A DNA stretch of 64,000 nucleotides from Desulfatiglandales bacterium (GTDB lineage Bacteria; Desulfobacterota; DSM-4660; Desulfatiglandales; Desulfatiglandaceae), in NCBI GenBank assembly GCA_963662465.1, contig OY759599.1, positions 2,688,001-2,752,000 on the forward strand, in the 5' to 3' direction. Each line of letters opens with the position of its first letter. Position 1 is the first letter of the stretch. The notes beneath the pieces are model-generated. The model was given only the letters and a program-made list of their open reading frames with translations, had not been told where the DNA came from and did no database searches. A program made the position numbers and the translations under genes. This document shows positions 28,448-37,871 of the stretch, piece by piece.

Positions 28448-29518
28448 ATGAATACTATCCAAAAAGCACTACTAGACTGGTATAGCAAAAACCGCCGCCC
28501 CCTTCCCTGGCGAAACACATCCGATCCTTACGGCATCTGGGTGTCCGAAGTGATGCTGCAGCAAACCCAGGTCAAAACGGTCATTCCCTATTACGAAAGA
28601 TTTCTCTCCGTTTTTCCCGATGCCGACACCCTGGCCCATGCCGACCTCCAGGAAGTACTCAAACTGTGGGAGGGCCTCGGCTATTACGCCCGTGCCCGCA
28701 ACCTTCACCGTGCGGCCCAAAGGATCATGGCATTTCACGGGGGATCAGTGCCGAACAGCCGGGCATCGCTGATGGCCCTTCCGGGCATTGGGGAGTATGT
28801 CGCCTGCGCCGTTTCAAGCATCGCTTACGGAAAACCTCACGCTGCCGTTGACGGGAACGTGAAACGGGTGCTGGCGCGATTTCACCGAATTGAGAACCCC
28901 GTCAACGATTCTTCATCCGGAAAGGTTCATAAGGCCGCAGCCGTAAAATTCCTCGAAAAATCTAATCCCGGCATGTTCAACCAGGCCATGATGGAATTGG
29001 GCGCCTTGGTCTGCACCCCCAGGAATCCTCGCTGCGACCATTGCCCCCTGAGCCGAAAATGCCGCGCTTTTGAGGAAAAAGCGGTAAGTCTTTATCCCCG
29101 ACGCGTCAAAAAAGCCCCCATACCGGAACATCACATCGCCGCGGGCGTCATCTGGAAAGGCTCACGGGTTCTCATTACCCAAAGAAAACCGGAGGGGCTT
29201 CTAGGGGGACTATGGGAATTTCCGGGAGGCAAAATAGAAAATGGCGAAACCCCGTCCGAGGCTTGCACCAGGGAAATCAAGGAAGAGGTCAACCTGGTGG
29301 TGGAACCTCAGGAACACATTGCCTGCATTCGGCATGCCTATACCCATTTCAAGATCGTCATGGATGTATTCCGGTGCAGCTACCGCAATGGGAGTATCCG
29401 GTTAACAAGCGCTGTGGATTTTCGGTGGATCCGACTTCATGAAATAGACCGCTTTCCATTTCCAGGCGCCAACCGAAAATTTATCCCCCTGATCAAATCA
29501 CCACAAAAAGGACGTTAA
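28448..29518 (+). CDS. mutY: A/G-specific adenine glycosylase with C-terminal Nudix (MutT-like) domain
   Basis: WVSEVMLQQTQV, GLGYYARARNL, VDGNVKRV, Fe-S motif C-X6-C-X2-C-X5-C, then GGLWEFPGGK..E..REIKEE. Confidence 0.95.
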   Translation: MNTIQKALLDWYSKNRRPLPWRNTSDPYGIWVSEVMLQQTQVKTVIPYYERFLSVFPDADTLAHADLQEVLKLWEGLGYYARARNLHRAAQRIMAFHGGSVPNSRASLMALPGIGEYVACAVSSIAYGKPHAAVDGNVKRVLARFHRIENPVNDSSSGKVHKAAAVKFLEKSNPGMFNQAMMELGALVCTPRNPRCDHCPLSRKCRAFEEKAVSLYPRRVKKAPIPEHHIAAGVIWKGSRVLITQRKPEGLLGGLWEFPGGKIENGETPSEACTREIKEEVNLVVEPQEHIACIRHAYTHFKIVMDVFRCSYRNGSIRLTSAVDFRWIRLHEIDRFPFPGANRKFIPLIKSPQKGR

Positions 29519-29522
29519 TCCC

Positions 29523-29978
29523 ATGCGGCTGTTCCGCCACATAATGGAAATGCCGGCACGCTTGGAAGACCTTCACAAGGCGCGACACTTTGTTCGTGAA
29601 TGCTGCCAAAACGACACGTTCCGGCAACTCACGGAAGAAAATCTCCTGAAATTGGAACTGGCCGTTCATGAAGCAACCGCCAATATTATCCGGCACGCCT
29701 ACCAAAACCGGTCGGACCGGCGAATCATTATAGAAATCCAGACACTTGAAAACCAAATCATGGTACATCTCAATCACTGGGGAACGCCATTTATCCCAAC
29801 ATCCGTGCCCCTTCCCATTCTTGACGGCACGGCGGAAAACGGCTTTGGTCTCTATTTGATGGCGCAATGCGTGGATAGCGTTGATTATGAATGCACCCCC
29901 ACTGGAAAAAACATCATCACGCTGCTAAAACGAAAGACCCGGCGAAGCACCCAAAAGAACATCGGGCTCGATTTGTAA
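29523..29978 (+). CDS. anti-sigma factor Ser/Thr kinase (RsbW/HATPase_c_2)
   Basis: LAVHEATANIIRHAY N-box and GFGLYLM; followed by a STAS protein. Confidence 0.85.
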   Translation: MRLFRHIMEMPARLEDLHKARHFVRECCQNDTFRQLTEENLLKLELAVHEATANIIRHAYQNRSDRRIIIEIQTLENQIMVHLNHWGTPFIPTSVPLPILDGTAENGFGLYLMAQCVDSVDYECTPTGKNIITLLKRKTRRSTQKNIGLDL

Positions 29979-29999
29979 AAGAAATAGAAGGGGATTTAA

Positions 30000-30356
30000 A
30001 TGAATTTTGAAATAGAAAAAAAAGGCGCACTGATTATCATACTCATGCCGGGCAAAAGCTTTGAAGCCGCCATGGTCGAAGACTTTAACCACAATCTTGC
30101 ACCCATCCTTCAGGAGAACACCCATGTTGTATTCGATTTAAGCCATATTCGTTTTCTGGACAGCATGGGATGCGGCGCACTTCTGACCTGCCATAAAAAA
30201 TTGACGGCAAAAGGGCTTCGAATGGGTCTTTGTTGCGCCCAAAAACCGGTCACCGCCATCTTCAATTTAATGGGATTCCCCCAACTGTTTGACATCTTTA
30301 AAACGCGAAAAGACGCCGAGAAAGCCCTTATGAACCTCCAGAAAATGCACCCTTGA
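30000..30356 (+). CDS. STAS-domain anti-sigma factor antagonist
   Basis: VFDLSHIRFLDSMGCGAL phospho-Ser motif. Confidence 0.9.
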   Translation: MNFEIEKKGALIIILMPGKSFEAAMVEDFNHNLAPILQENTHVVFDLSHIRFLDSMGCGALLTCHKKLTAKGLRMGLCCAQKPVTAIFNLMGFPQLFDIFKTRKDAEKALMNLQKMHP

Positions 30357-30393
30357 CGAGGGTACAACCCCAGCCCAAAACGCCCCCCCCTTG

Positions 30394-30432
30394 TGTCGCG
30401 ACAAAGACCGTTTTCTTCGACAAATCTGTCGA
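30394..30432. promoter_or_regulatory. putative upstream activator (bEBP-binding) sites
   Basis: Perfect inverted repeat TCGACA-AATC-TGTCGA (30417-30432) and palindrome TGTCGCGACA (30394-30403), 65-105 bp upstream of a sigma54 promoter. Confidence 0.55.
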
Positions 30433-30496
30433 GGTTTCAAACCCGACCATCGTCTCTTTTCGGCGGTAAAGCATTGAAATCACATATTATAGAAAT

Positions 30497-30513
30497 TTGG
30501 CACGGTTCATGCT
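30497..30513 (+). promoter_or_regulatory. sigma54 (-24/-12) promoter
   Basis: TTGGCACGGTTCATGCT with GG-N10-GC spacing, about 57 bp before the ATG at 30570. Confidence 0.8.
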
Positions 30514-30569
30514 TTATTCAAAGGCACATGCAGGGCGTACCTGCACCTTAAAAACAGGAGGAGCAACGA

Positions 30570-30803
30570 ATGAAACGAATGATGACGGGAATGATGGTAT
30601 TTGTGGTAACAATGACCCTGGGCATGGGCGTAGGTTTTGCGGGCAATGGAAACGGCAAAGGGGGTAATGGCGGCGGAACCAAAGACCGCAAGCGGGACGG
30701 GTCCTGTATTTCCTACACCACGGATGGCAATTCCCATAACCTGCTGACCCTGGCCAAACAGCAAAGTAGAGACCGGAAAAAGGACGGAAGCTGCAGGAGC
30801 TAA
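30570..30803 (+). CDS. small secreted protein with Gly/Asn linker and two (K/R)DRK(R/K)DGSC motifs
   Basis: Strong RBS AGGAGGAG, signal-peptide-like N-terminus ending VGFA, and its own sigma54 promoter. Confidence 0.75.
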   Translation: MKRMMTGMMVFVVTMTLGMGVGFAGNGNGKGGNGGGTKDRKRDGSCISYTTDGNSHNLLTLAKQQSRDRKKDGSCRS

Positions 30804-30867
30804 AAACAGACGCACACCTTTGCCATGAAAATACAGCCGTTAGCTGTTAGCTTAAAAGCGGTAGAGG

Positions 30868-30912
30868 ATTTTCATGTTTGGGGGTGGCAAATCCCTTGTC
30901 ATGGGGGTTTAC
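30868..30912 (+). repeat. 45-bp dispersed intergenic element, copy 1
   Basis: ATTTTCATGTTTGGGGGTGGCAAATCCCTTGTCATGGGGGTTTAC; 38/45 identical to 47561-47605 by manual alignment. Confidence 0.7.
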
Positions 30913-31337
30913 CGAGGAATCCAAAGCGGGAAGCCTCCAAATGAAGGAGACTTCCCACCTCCAAACGCCAACCGAAAATTCATTCCCCTGAGCAGATGAA
31001 ACAGGCGGAAAAGAATCAGCATCCTTCGTAAAAAATTCTCCTTAAGCACTTATTTTTCTTGACATGATACCATTTAATATCTCATCATTTGAAGATATTC
31101 TCACCAATCATTCAGTTCCTATCCAGAGGGTTAGAGTTGCAAGGGTTGATCCGGAAATTAATATTTAATGCTCTCCTTTCACGACGGTTGAAAAGGATTG
31201 GTTTTCAGAAATGGCCAATACCCGGCCTCCAAAGGGACTCCCGTTGCTTTGGAGGCAAAACAAGTACAGCAATTCTCTTTTTGACTCATGGGAAAAATTC
31301 ACCCGGCAAAACTTTTATCTTGTATTGGAGGAAAAAA

Positions 31338-33053
31338 ATGGATGCTATTCATGGCAGGGCTTTGAAGATAGGTGGGTTATGCTTGTTTCTGTTTGTTACA
31401 CTTTTCGCTTTGACCCTTAATCAGGCGCACGCATATCCAGCGCCGAAATTCATAAGCGCGCTCGTTTATTCTTCACACAACACTGACGGATCAACCACAA
31501 CCGAGTTTTATTCAAGAATAAGCGGACCATCTCCGGAAGATGTGGCCTCTTTTACCGCTACCGGTCCTTCAGGCACATTTGAACTCAAATCCGGGAGTTC
31601 TTTCAGGGAATACGGTCTCTATTATTACGTTGGAGAGGGGAGCATCATCGGCAATGGCACCTACACATTTCAAGTCACGGACAACACCGGCCGTTCAGCC
31701 ACAATAGATCGAGACTTCGCCTACAATGGAACACTTCCACAAGTAGACTCCGCAACCATGATCCCGGGAAATGGGGCGTATATTGGAACAACCACCCCCA
31801 CCCTGAGTTTCGATCCGGTTGCAGGGACCGTCTATTACCAGCTTTTGATCTGGGACTATGATTATAAGGCAATCTGGTCCGCTAGCCCAACAACAACGGC
31901 TACATCCTTTACCGTCCCTGCCGGACTTCTCCAACCCAACACGGCCTACCGGTGGGATGTGCGTGTCTGGGACAACGATTCAGACCGTCAAAACCGTCAT
32001 ATCAGCAACCGCCTCAGTTTTTACACCGGCACAAAAGGAGATCCTGAACTGAACGCAGGGGGGGTAATTTCGCTCCCCATGGGAGAGAATCTTCTAAATT
32101 ATGCCTGGGCAAGGGGGATTAACGTCGCGCCCTGGGATATAACCTATTTCAGGGTGACGGGACCCGATGCTGCTGTTTATAATCTAGCGAACAGTCGAGG
32201 TTACGGCTTTCAGTTCCCCGCCTATAACAACGTGGGCGTATATTTAGACCCGCCAACACAATCAACTCCTGATGGTGTTTACACAGTTGATATTGCGGAT
32301 ACATCCGGAAATACCGACAGCCGCGCCATAAATTACGCCTACAATCCCGTGCCGGACTTTTCAACGGATTCCCGCGTCCCTGCCGACAACGCGTATTTTG
32401 ACACACTCACCCCTTCTTTCAGCTGGGCCAGGGTAACAGGGGATCCGGGAGATGGGAGCTACCGCTATTCAGTGCGCATAACGGATTACACTACGGGAAT
32501 CAGATGGTATGATTCCCCCTATAGTGGGGAGACATCGTTTACCCTTCCCACAGGCCTCAATTTACCAACCGGAAGTTCTTATAAGTGGCGGGTGAACGTG
32601 TATGGTCCCGCCGGAATCGGTGGAACAAATTCGAACAATTTCAGGTGTTCCGATTTTCGCACCTTTACGATCAACGAGCCTGTTATTCCCGCGTTAGACA
32701 TTAAGGCCAACGGCTCGGATGGACCGATTGTCGTTCCGCCAGGCACTCCGGTATCCATCACCATCAGCCTTGATCCGGAAAGCAAAGCAGGTCAAAATGC
32801 AGATTGGTGGATCGCCGTCAAAACGCCTTTTGATCAGCCCCTGGATTGGTATACCTATGTGTATCCCGCTGGGTGGCAACAGGGGATCAAGTTATGCGCC
32901 CAAGCGGGGCTATTTGATCTTTCTTCGCATGAAGTGCTGAATATGGCGCTGCCGGTGGGACATTATACTTTTTATTTTGGCATCGATGAACCGGATGGAA
33001 CACCCGCAGGCCCGTGGTGGGGAATGGATTCCGTGGCGGTAACCGTTCAATAA
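31338..33053 (+). CDS. secreted hypothetical protein with duplicated Ig/FN3-like modules
   Basis: GGAGG RBS before ATG 31338; signal peptide ending AHA; two internal repeat units (F..TGP...P...AY..T.TP.LS/FS...Y.W.V). Confidence 0.8.
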   Translation: MDAIHGRALKIGGLCLFLFVTLFALTLNQAHAYPAPKFISALVYSSHNTDGSTTTEFYSRISGPSPEDVASFTATGPSGTFELKSGSSFREYGLYYYVGEGSIIGNGTYTFQVTDNTGRSATIDRDFAYNGTLPQVDSATMIPGNGAYIGTTTPTLSFDPVAGTVYYQLLIWDYDYKAIWSASPTTTATSFTVPAGLLQPNTAYRWDVRVWDNDSDRQNRHISNRLSFYTGTKGDPELNAGGVISLPMGENLLNYAWARGINVAPWDITYFRVTGPDAAVYNLANSRGYGFQFPAYNNVGVYLDPPTQSTPDGVYTVDIADTSGNTDSRAINYAYNPVPDFSTDSRVPADNAYFDTLTPSFSWARVTGDPGDGSYRYSVRITDYTTGIRWYDSPYSGETSFTLPTGLNLPTGSSYKWRVNVYGPAGIGGTNSNNFRCSDFRTFTINEPVIPALDIKANGSDGPIVVPPGTPVSITISLDPESKAGQNADWWIAVKTPFDQPLDWYTYVYPAGWQQGIKLCAQAGLFDLSSHEVLNMALPVGHYTFYFGIDEPDGTPAGPWWGMDSVAVTVQ

Positions 33054-33147
33054 ACAAACGGCATAAAGCCAAAAACGGCCTTGATCATTGTTTAGGCAAA
33101 ATCTTCTTCCCCCCATGCGGGGGAGACTTAAATGGCCGAGGCGGCGA

Positions 33148-34353
33148 TCAAGGCCGCAAGCGCATCCGATTCCCTGATTCGTCCCACCTGAAAACCGTTT
33201 CGCCCTCCTCAAGATGATCGGCAACAGCCAGGACCGTATTCACGTATATTCTGCTGTGGTTGTAGTTGTAAATGGCCCTGCGCTGTTTGCGCCGGCTTCG
33301 CATGCTTCCCCGCCATCCGTTGGACATCAAATAATTGCCCATGCTGAAAAGGGCGTCATCCAGGACAAAAAGATCCACAACGCCGTCGCCGTTTCCATCC
33401 ACGCCATGACGAAGGGCCTGTGTCGGCATGAACTGGGCGATACCGATGGCGCCGTAAAATGATCCGGGGATGCTCAAAGGGTCCCTGTGGGCCTGTTGCG
33501 CATAGGTGAGCAAGGCCTTAAGCTCACCATAGGCCCATTGCGCCTTTTGGGCGGTCCGCCGTTCGAGCCAGCGCCTCCGTCCCGTTGTGATGCGTTCATC
33601 CGTAAAGGCACTCGCCACACACCTGAAGTCGTCGCAACGCGCCATACCGGCCAGGGTCAAAAACGCACTTTTCTCACCCAGATAGTGCCCGAGCCGGGTT
33701 TCAACGGTAAGAATGCCCACGGCAATTTCCCCGGGAACCCCATACCGGCGTTCCAAAAGCAGCAGACGCTTCCTATTGGCCGCATAAAAGGCCCTGGCTT
33801 CCTTCAACCGCTCCGGCGTCATGATACTCTTGTACACCAGCGGTCCTGTTTTGGGGGTTGGAATTTTCACATGGACAGGGGCCTTCCTTCGCTCCTCAAG
33901 GGCCATTTTCAGCAATTGATCACTGGGCCTCCCGTCAACCGAAAGGCCGTGGGCTTTTTGAAACCATCGGATGGCCCGCCTTGTCTTGGCCCCTGCCTTT
34001 CCATCAGCCTTCCCCGGTTCATATCCCAGAAAGGCAAGTCGTTTTTGAAGCTTTCGCACGGACTCGGCGCCGAATTTCGTCACATACAGGGTTTTCATCT
34101 TTACAGCCATGATGGAAGAATCGAAATGAACTTCCGGACGATCAAACAACGGTTTCAACCATTGCTTTTTGAAACCATCCGCCGCCAATCGTTCCACCAG
34201 GGGGTCCCACTCCCCCGCACTCCCCGTACCGGGAGTCAGCAAAATCAAAAGAACACAGAGGAGAAAACCAAACCAACGCCCCAAACTACCCATTTGAAAC
34301 CCCGTAAGGTTCTTTTTTAAACGCAACGAATCGGTTTTAAGAATTCCCATCAT
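33148..34353 (-). CDS. lytic murein transglycosylase (MltB/SLT_2) with peptidoglycan-binding domain
   Basis: LQKRLAFLGY.PG.ADG..G.KTR.AI..FQ PG-binding motif; VETRLG, GSFYGAIGIAQFMPT, DGNGDG, YNHS. Confidence 0.9.
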   Translation of the reverse strand: MMGILKTDSLRLKKNLTGFQMGSLGRWFGFLLCVLLILLTPGTGSAGEWDPLVERLAADGFKKQWLKPLFDRPEVHFDSSIMAVKMKTLYVTKFGAESVRKLQKRLAFLGYEPGKADGKAGAKTRRAIRWFQKAHGLSVDGRPSDQLLKMALEERRKAPVHVKIPTPKTGPLVYKSIMTPERLKEARAFYAANRKRLLLLERRYGVPGEIAVGILTVETRLGHYLGEKSAFLTLAGMARCDDFRCVASAFTDERITTGRRRWLERRTAQKAQWAYGELKALLTYAQQAHRDPLSIPGSFYGAIGIAQFMPTQALRHGVDGNGDGVVDLFVLDDALFSMGNYLMSNGWRGSMRSRRKQRRAIYNYNHSRIYVNTVLAVADHLEEGETVFRWDESGNRMRLRP

Positions 34354-34407
34354 AAGAACACCTCGTCAAGGAGGTTCTCGCTATTTTACGGCTGATAATA
34401 GTCTCAA

Positions 34408-35190
34408 TCATGTATCATCGAGGGCCTTGATCATCTCCCCATGGATCATGGGGGTGCAGGCCACCACGCTTTTCAGATACGGTGTGAAATCCACTCCTTC
34501 ACAGGTACTCAATTTTCCGCCCGCCTCCAGCACAATTCCGGCGCCGGCCGCCGTATCCCAGGGCTTCAGATTTTCCTCCCAGTAACCATCCAGACGACCC
34601 GCTGCAATATAACACAGATCAACAGAGGCCGCACCCGCCCTTCGAATACCACGGGCGGCAACAACCATTTTCCTGAACCGCTCAAAGATCCGGTTGGACC
34701 TCTCCCGGATATCATAGGGGAAACCGGTGGCCAGCAAAGAGTCTCTCAAATTTCGGGCATCAGAAACACGAATCGGCCTGCCGTTCAAAAAAGCACCCTG
34801 CCCTTTTTGGGCCTCAAAAAATTCCCCCATAATCGGATTATAAACGATGCCCAGAACGATTTCGTTTTCAATTTCGAGGGCAATGGAAACAGCAAAAAAA
34901 GGAAACCCATGGGCAAAATTGGTTGTCCCATCCAGGGGATCGACAATCCAAGTCCTATCCGAAGAAAGGTCCCGTGCCCCCGCTTCCTCGGACAGAATGT
35001 TATCTTTAGGATAATGATCGCGAAGCATCTTTAAAATGATCTCTTCGGCGGCAAGATCCGCCTCGGTCACCAGATCGATTTCCCCCTTCTTAACAATATG
35101 ATGAACTTTTCCAAATCTATCTTCCAGCACCTTTCCGGCGGACCTCGCGGCCCTGCCCGCTACTTCATATTCATTTTCATACATGAGCAA
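34408..35190 (-). CDS. suhB: inositol monophosphatase family protein
   Basis: DLVTEAD, SEE, WIVDPLDGTTNF, WDTAAG. Confidence 0.93.
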   Translation of the reverse strand: MLMYENEYEVAGRAARSAGKVLEDRFGKVHHIVKKGEIDLVTEADLAAEEIILKMLRDHYPKDNILSEEAGARDLSSDRTWIVDPLDGTTNFAHGFPFFAVSIALEIENEIVLGIVYNPIMGEFFEAQKGQGAFLNGRPIRVSDARNLRDSLLATGFPYDIRERSNRIFERFRKMVVAARGIRRAGAASVDLCYIAAGRLDGYWEENLKPWDTAAGAGIVLEAGGKLSTCEGVDFTPYLKSVVACTPMIHGEMIKALDDT

Positions 35191-35262
35191 TCCTCATAGA
35201 GATGTTTTAAAGCAATATTTATGCTGCGCGGATCCCATCCAAATTGCGAAATATGACGATTA

Positions 35263-36288
35263 TCACACGCGGGTCCCCAGCTGACCGCAGGCTGCCATTA
35301 AATCCCTACCGCGCGGCACGCGTTTTTGCACATTGACGCACAATTCAATAAGCCTCTGCCGAAACAGATCAATTCCTTCTTGGCTCGGTGGTCGAAAAAG
35401 AGAATCCTTGACCGGATTGAAAGGAATCAAATTGACCTTGGCCCGCAGGGGTTTCAACCACTCCGCCAGTTGTTGCGCATGCTCGCAACCGTCATTCACA
35501 TGGGAAATGAGGACATAGGCCACACTCAATACATTTCCTTTTTTCAGGGGATAGGCCATCAAGGCCTCTTGCAGCTGGACCAGGGAAACCGTGTCATGGA
35601 CCGGCATGAGTCGGCGGCGCAGTTCGTCATTGGGTGCATTGAGCGATACCGTAAGGTTCAAATTAGGCATATTTAAAGCCGCTAATTTTTCAATGCCGTC
35701 GATCCGGCCCACAGTCGAAAGCGTGATATGTCGGTGGGCGACATCCAGACCGCGCTGGTCGCTGAGTACCCGCACCGCCTGAATCACATTTTCGAAGTTG
35801 TCAAAAGGTTCACCCATGCCCATAAACACCACATTGCGGATCCATTGGGCGGACTTTTGCCTGGCCCTGTAAACCTGGCCCACGATCTCTTCCACGCTGA
35901 GACTGCGCGCCAATCCCAGTTTTCCGGTTTCACAAAACCGGCACCCCATCCCGCAACCGACCTGACTGGAAATACAGACGGTCTGGTGCGTTTTCATGGG
36001 TAAGATGACGGATTCAATACGGTTCCCATCCGCTAATGCCGTGACAAATTTAACCAATCCCGCCTGATGGATTTCATCTTTTACCTGGCCCGGAGTGAAA
36101 CGCCAATCCTGCCTGAGCCGTTCACGCAATCCCGGCGAGGTCCGGATCAGTTCCGTTCGCCACGCATCCGGATCGAGATTTTTATAAAACTCGCGATATA
36201 GCGCCCCGGCCAGGAATGGACCTTTTGCATACCGATCCGCAACTACCGCTACCAGATTCTCATAGGTCAATTCCAGCAATCGTAACAT
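35263..36288 (-). CDS. rlmN: 23S rRNA m2A2503 methyltransferase (radical SAM)
   Basis: CISSQVGCGMGCRFC, FMGMGEP, SLNA, NLIPFN, AACGQL. Likely start MLRLL at 36288. Confidence 0.9.
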   Translation of the reverse strand: MLRLLELTYENLVAVVADRYAKGPFLAGALYREFYKNLDPDAWRTELIRTSPGLRERLRQDWRFTPGQVKDEIHQAGLVKFVTALADGNRIESVILPMKTHQTVCISSQVGCGMGCRFCETGKLGLARSLSVEEIVGQVYRARQKSAQWIRNVVFMGMGEPFDNFENVIQAVRVLSDQRGLDVAHRHITLSTVGRIDGIEKLAALNMPNLNLTVSLNAPNDELRRRLMPVHDTVSLVQLQEALMAYPLKKGNVLSVAYVLISHVNDGCEHAQQLAEWLKPLRAKVNLIPFNPVKDSLFRPPSQEGIDLFRQRLIELCVNVQKRVPRGRDLMAACGQLGTRV

Positions 36289-36564
36289 GGACAATTCACT
36301 TAAAATAATTTTGACGTTACACTTGATATCGTGTTGATTTAACGATTCTTTAAACAATTCTTAGAATCATGGAAAAGGGCAGTGTTCAGGTCTTTTGGTA
36401 TTCATGGCAACGTATTTTAATCCTCCTTTCGCTTGAACTCATATACGAGATTGTTCAAAGTTTCAAGATTTGTTATGGTGCGGCCATCCCGCAGGTGATA
36501 AAGATAACCAAAATCGCCACAACCCAACAGGTATCGGGTTTTAAATCCCAAAAACAACCGGAAA

Positions 36565-37452
36565 ATGGAAAAAAAGATATCAAAATTCTCTTCGAGCGCC
36601 GTGCCGATGTCGGCAAGGCAAATACTTTGGAACCTTTTCCTCATTGCCCTGGGCAGTCTCATTTGTGCGGTTGCCGTAAACGGCATTCTCGTTCCCCAAC
36701 AGTTTTTCGGCGCCGGATTTACCGGTGTGGCCATTATCATCCACTACCTGGTTCCGCCGCTTCCCATGAGTGGTCTCTATCTCCTTTTGAATATTCCCGT
36801 CTTCGCCCTGGGATGGTTCTATGTGGGGCGGCGGTTCTTTTTTTACAGCATCGCCGGGATGTTGTTTTTCAGCGGCGCACTACAATGGATACACCTCCTT
36901 GTGCCGGTCCAGGACAGGATACTCGGCGCCATTCTGGCAGGAATCATTATGGGGACCGGCGCCGGAATCACCCTGAGATCCCTGGGATCGGGAGGTGGTC
37001 TGGACATCCTCTCCGTGATTCTCCTGAAACGGTTCTCGGTCCGATTGGGAACCACCATGCTGGCCATGAACAGTCTGGTCCTTCTGGCGGGCGCCATTCT
37101 CTTTTCCCTGGAAGCGGCCCTCTACACCCTGATCTTCATCTTTGTCAGTTCCTATATTATCAATCTGGTGGTCATGGGGCTGAGTCAAAGAAAAGCGGTG
37201 ATGATCATCTCACCCCGGTGGGAAGAAATCTCAAAGGAGATCTCGAACAGGGTCCACAGGGGGGTGACCATGATTAAGGGCAAGGGGGGGTATTCCGGCC
37301 GGGACATTCAGGTCCTGTACACGGTCATCGCCTTCCAGGAACTGCCCCGCCTGAAAAGGATTGTCCGGGATATTGACCCCAATGTCTTTATGGTGGTCAC
37401 GGACACCCTTGAAGTCATGGGAATCCGCATCGGGAATCAACCCCACTGGTAA
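36565..37452 (+). CDS. YitT-family membrane protein (DUF2179)
   Basis: GFTG.A, LNIP.F, SGGGLDI, G.GGYSG, IDPN.F. Confidence 0.92.
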   Translation: MEKKISKFSSSAVPMSARQILWNLFLIALGSLICAVAVNGILVPQQFFGAGFTGVAIIIHYLVPPLPMSGLYLLLNIPVFALGWFYVGRRFFFYSIAGMLFFSGALQWIHLLVPVQDRILGAILAGIIMGTGAGITLRSLGSGGGLDILSVILLKRFSVRLGTTMLAMNSLVLLAGAILFSLEAALYTLIFIFVSSYIINLVVMGLSQRKAVMIISPRWEEISKEISNRVHRGVTMIKGKGGYSGRDIQVLYTVIAFQELPRLKRIVRDIDPNVFMVVTDTLEVMGIRIGNQPHW

Positions 37453-37514
37453 TGGCTCCCATGTTGAGTTTTTCCCCATAAAAACTTCTCCACATTTCCC
37501 TACGATGCAGCAGA

Positions 37515-37811
37515 ATGATTATGGTTTCGGTGATGTTTTGGATGTTGTTGGCCATGGGGATGACCGCATGGGCCGTGGACGAGATGGTCGTTGTGATGGG
37601 AAAGGTCAATGCGGGCGGCACGCTGGTTACCGAAGTGGGTGAGGTCTATCTGCTTCATCTCGATGACAAGGGGAAGGAAGTGATGAGCCATAGTCCCAAA
37701 ACCGTGATTGTGATGGGCCGTCTAGTTGAAAAAGACGGCAAACAAACCATTGTGGTCAATTCCTATCAGGTGATGGAAAAAACATCCGGTCAGGAAGAAT
37801 CCGACTCATAA
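37515..37811 (+). CDS. small exported hypothetical protein (possible OB-fold)
   Basis: Signal-peptide-like N-terminus ending AWA; beta-rich body; followed by a terminator-like hairpin. Confidence 0.6.
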   Translation: MIMVSVMFWMLLAMGMTAWAVDEMVVVMGKVNAGGTLVTEVGEVYLLHLDDKGKEVMSHSPKTVIVMGRLVEKDGKQTIVVNSYQVMEKTSGQEESDS

Positions 37812-37813
37812 AA

Positions 37814-37848
37814 GCGGGATCAGCCTTTCTAAATCGAACTGATCCCGC
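37814..37848. terminator. stem-loop between convergent genes
   Basis: GCGGGATCAG...CTGATCCCGC 10-bp stem flanked by A tracts. Confidence 0.65.
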
Positions 37849-37871
37849 AAAATCAAGGCTTCAACTTCTCA

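Noticed and set aside
31089..31337. N-terminal extension of the 654-aa ORF (likewise 21084-21179, 26619-26726, 36289-36357, 47489-47593)
   Set aside because: Upstream in-frame extensions without family similarity; better RBS/start codons or family N-termini lie downstream.
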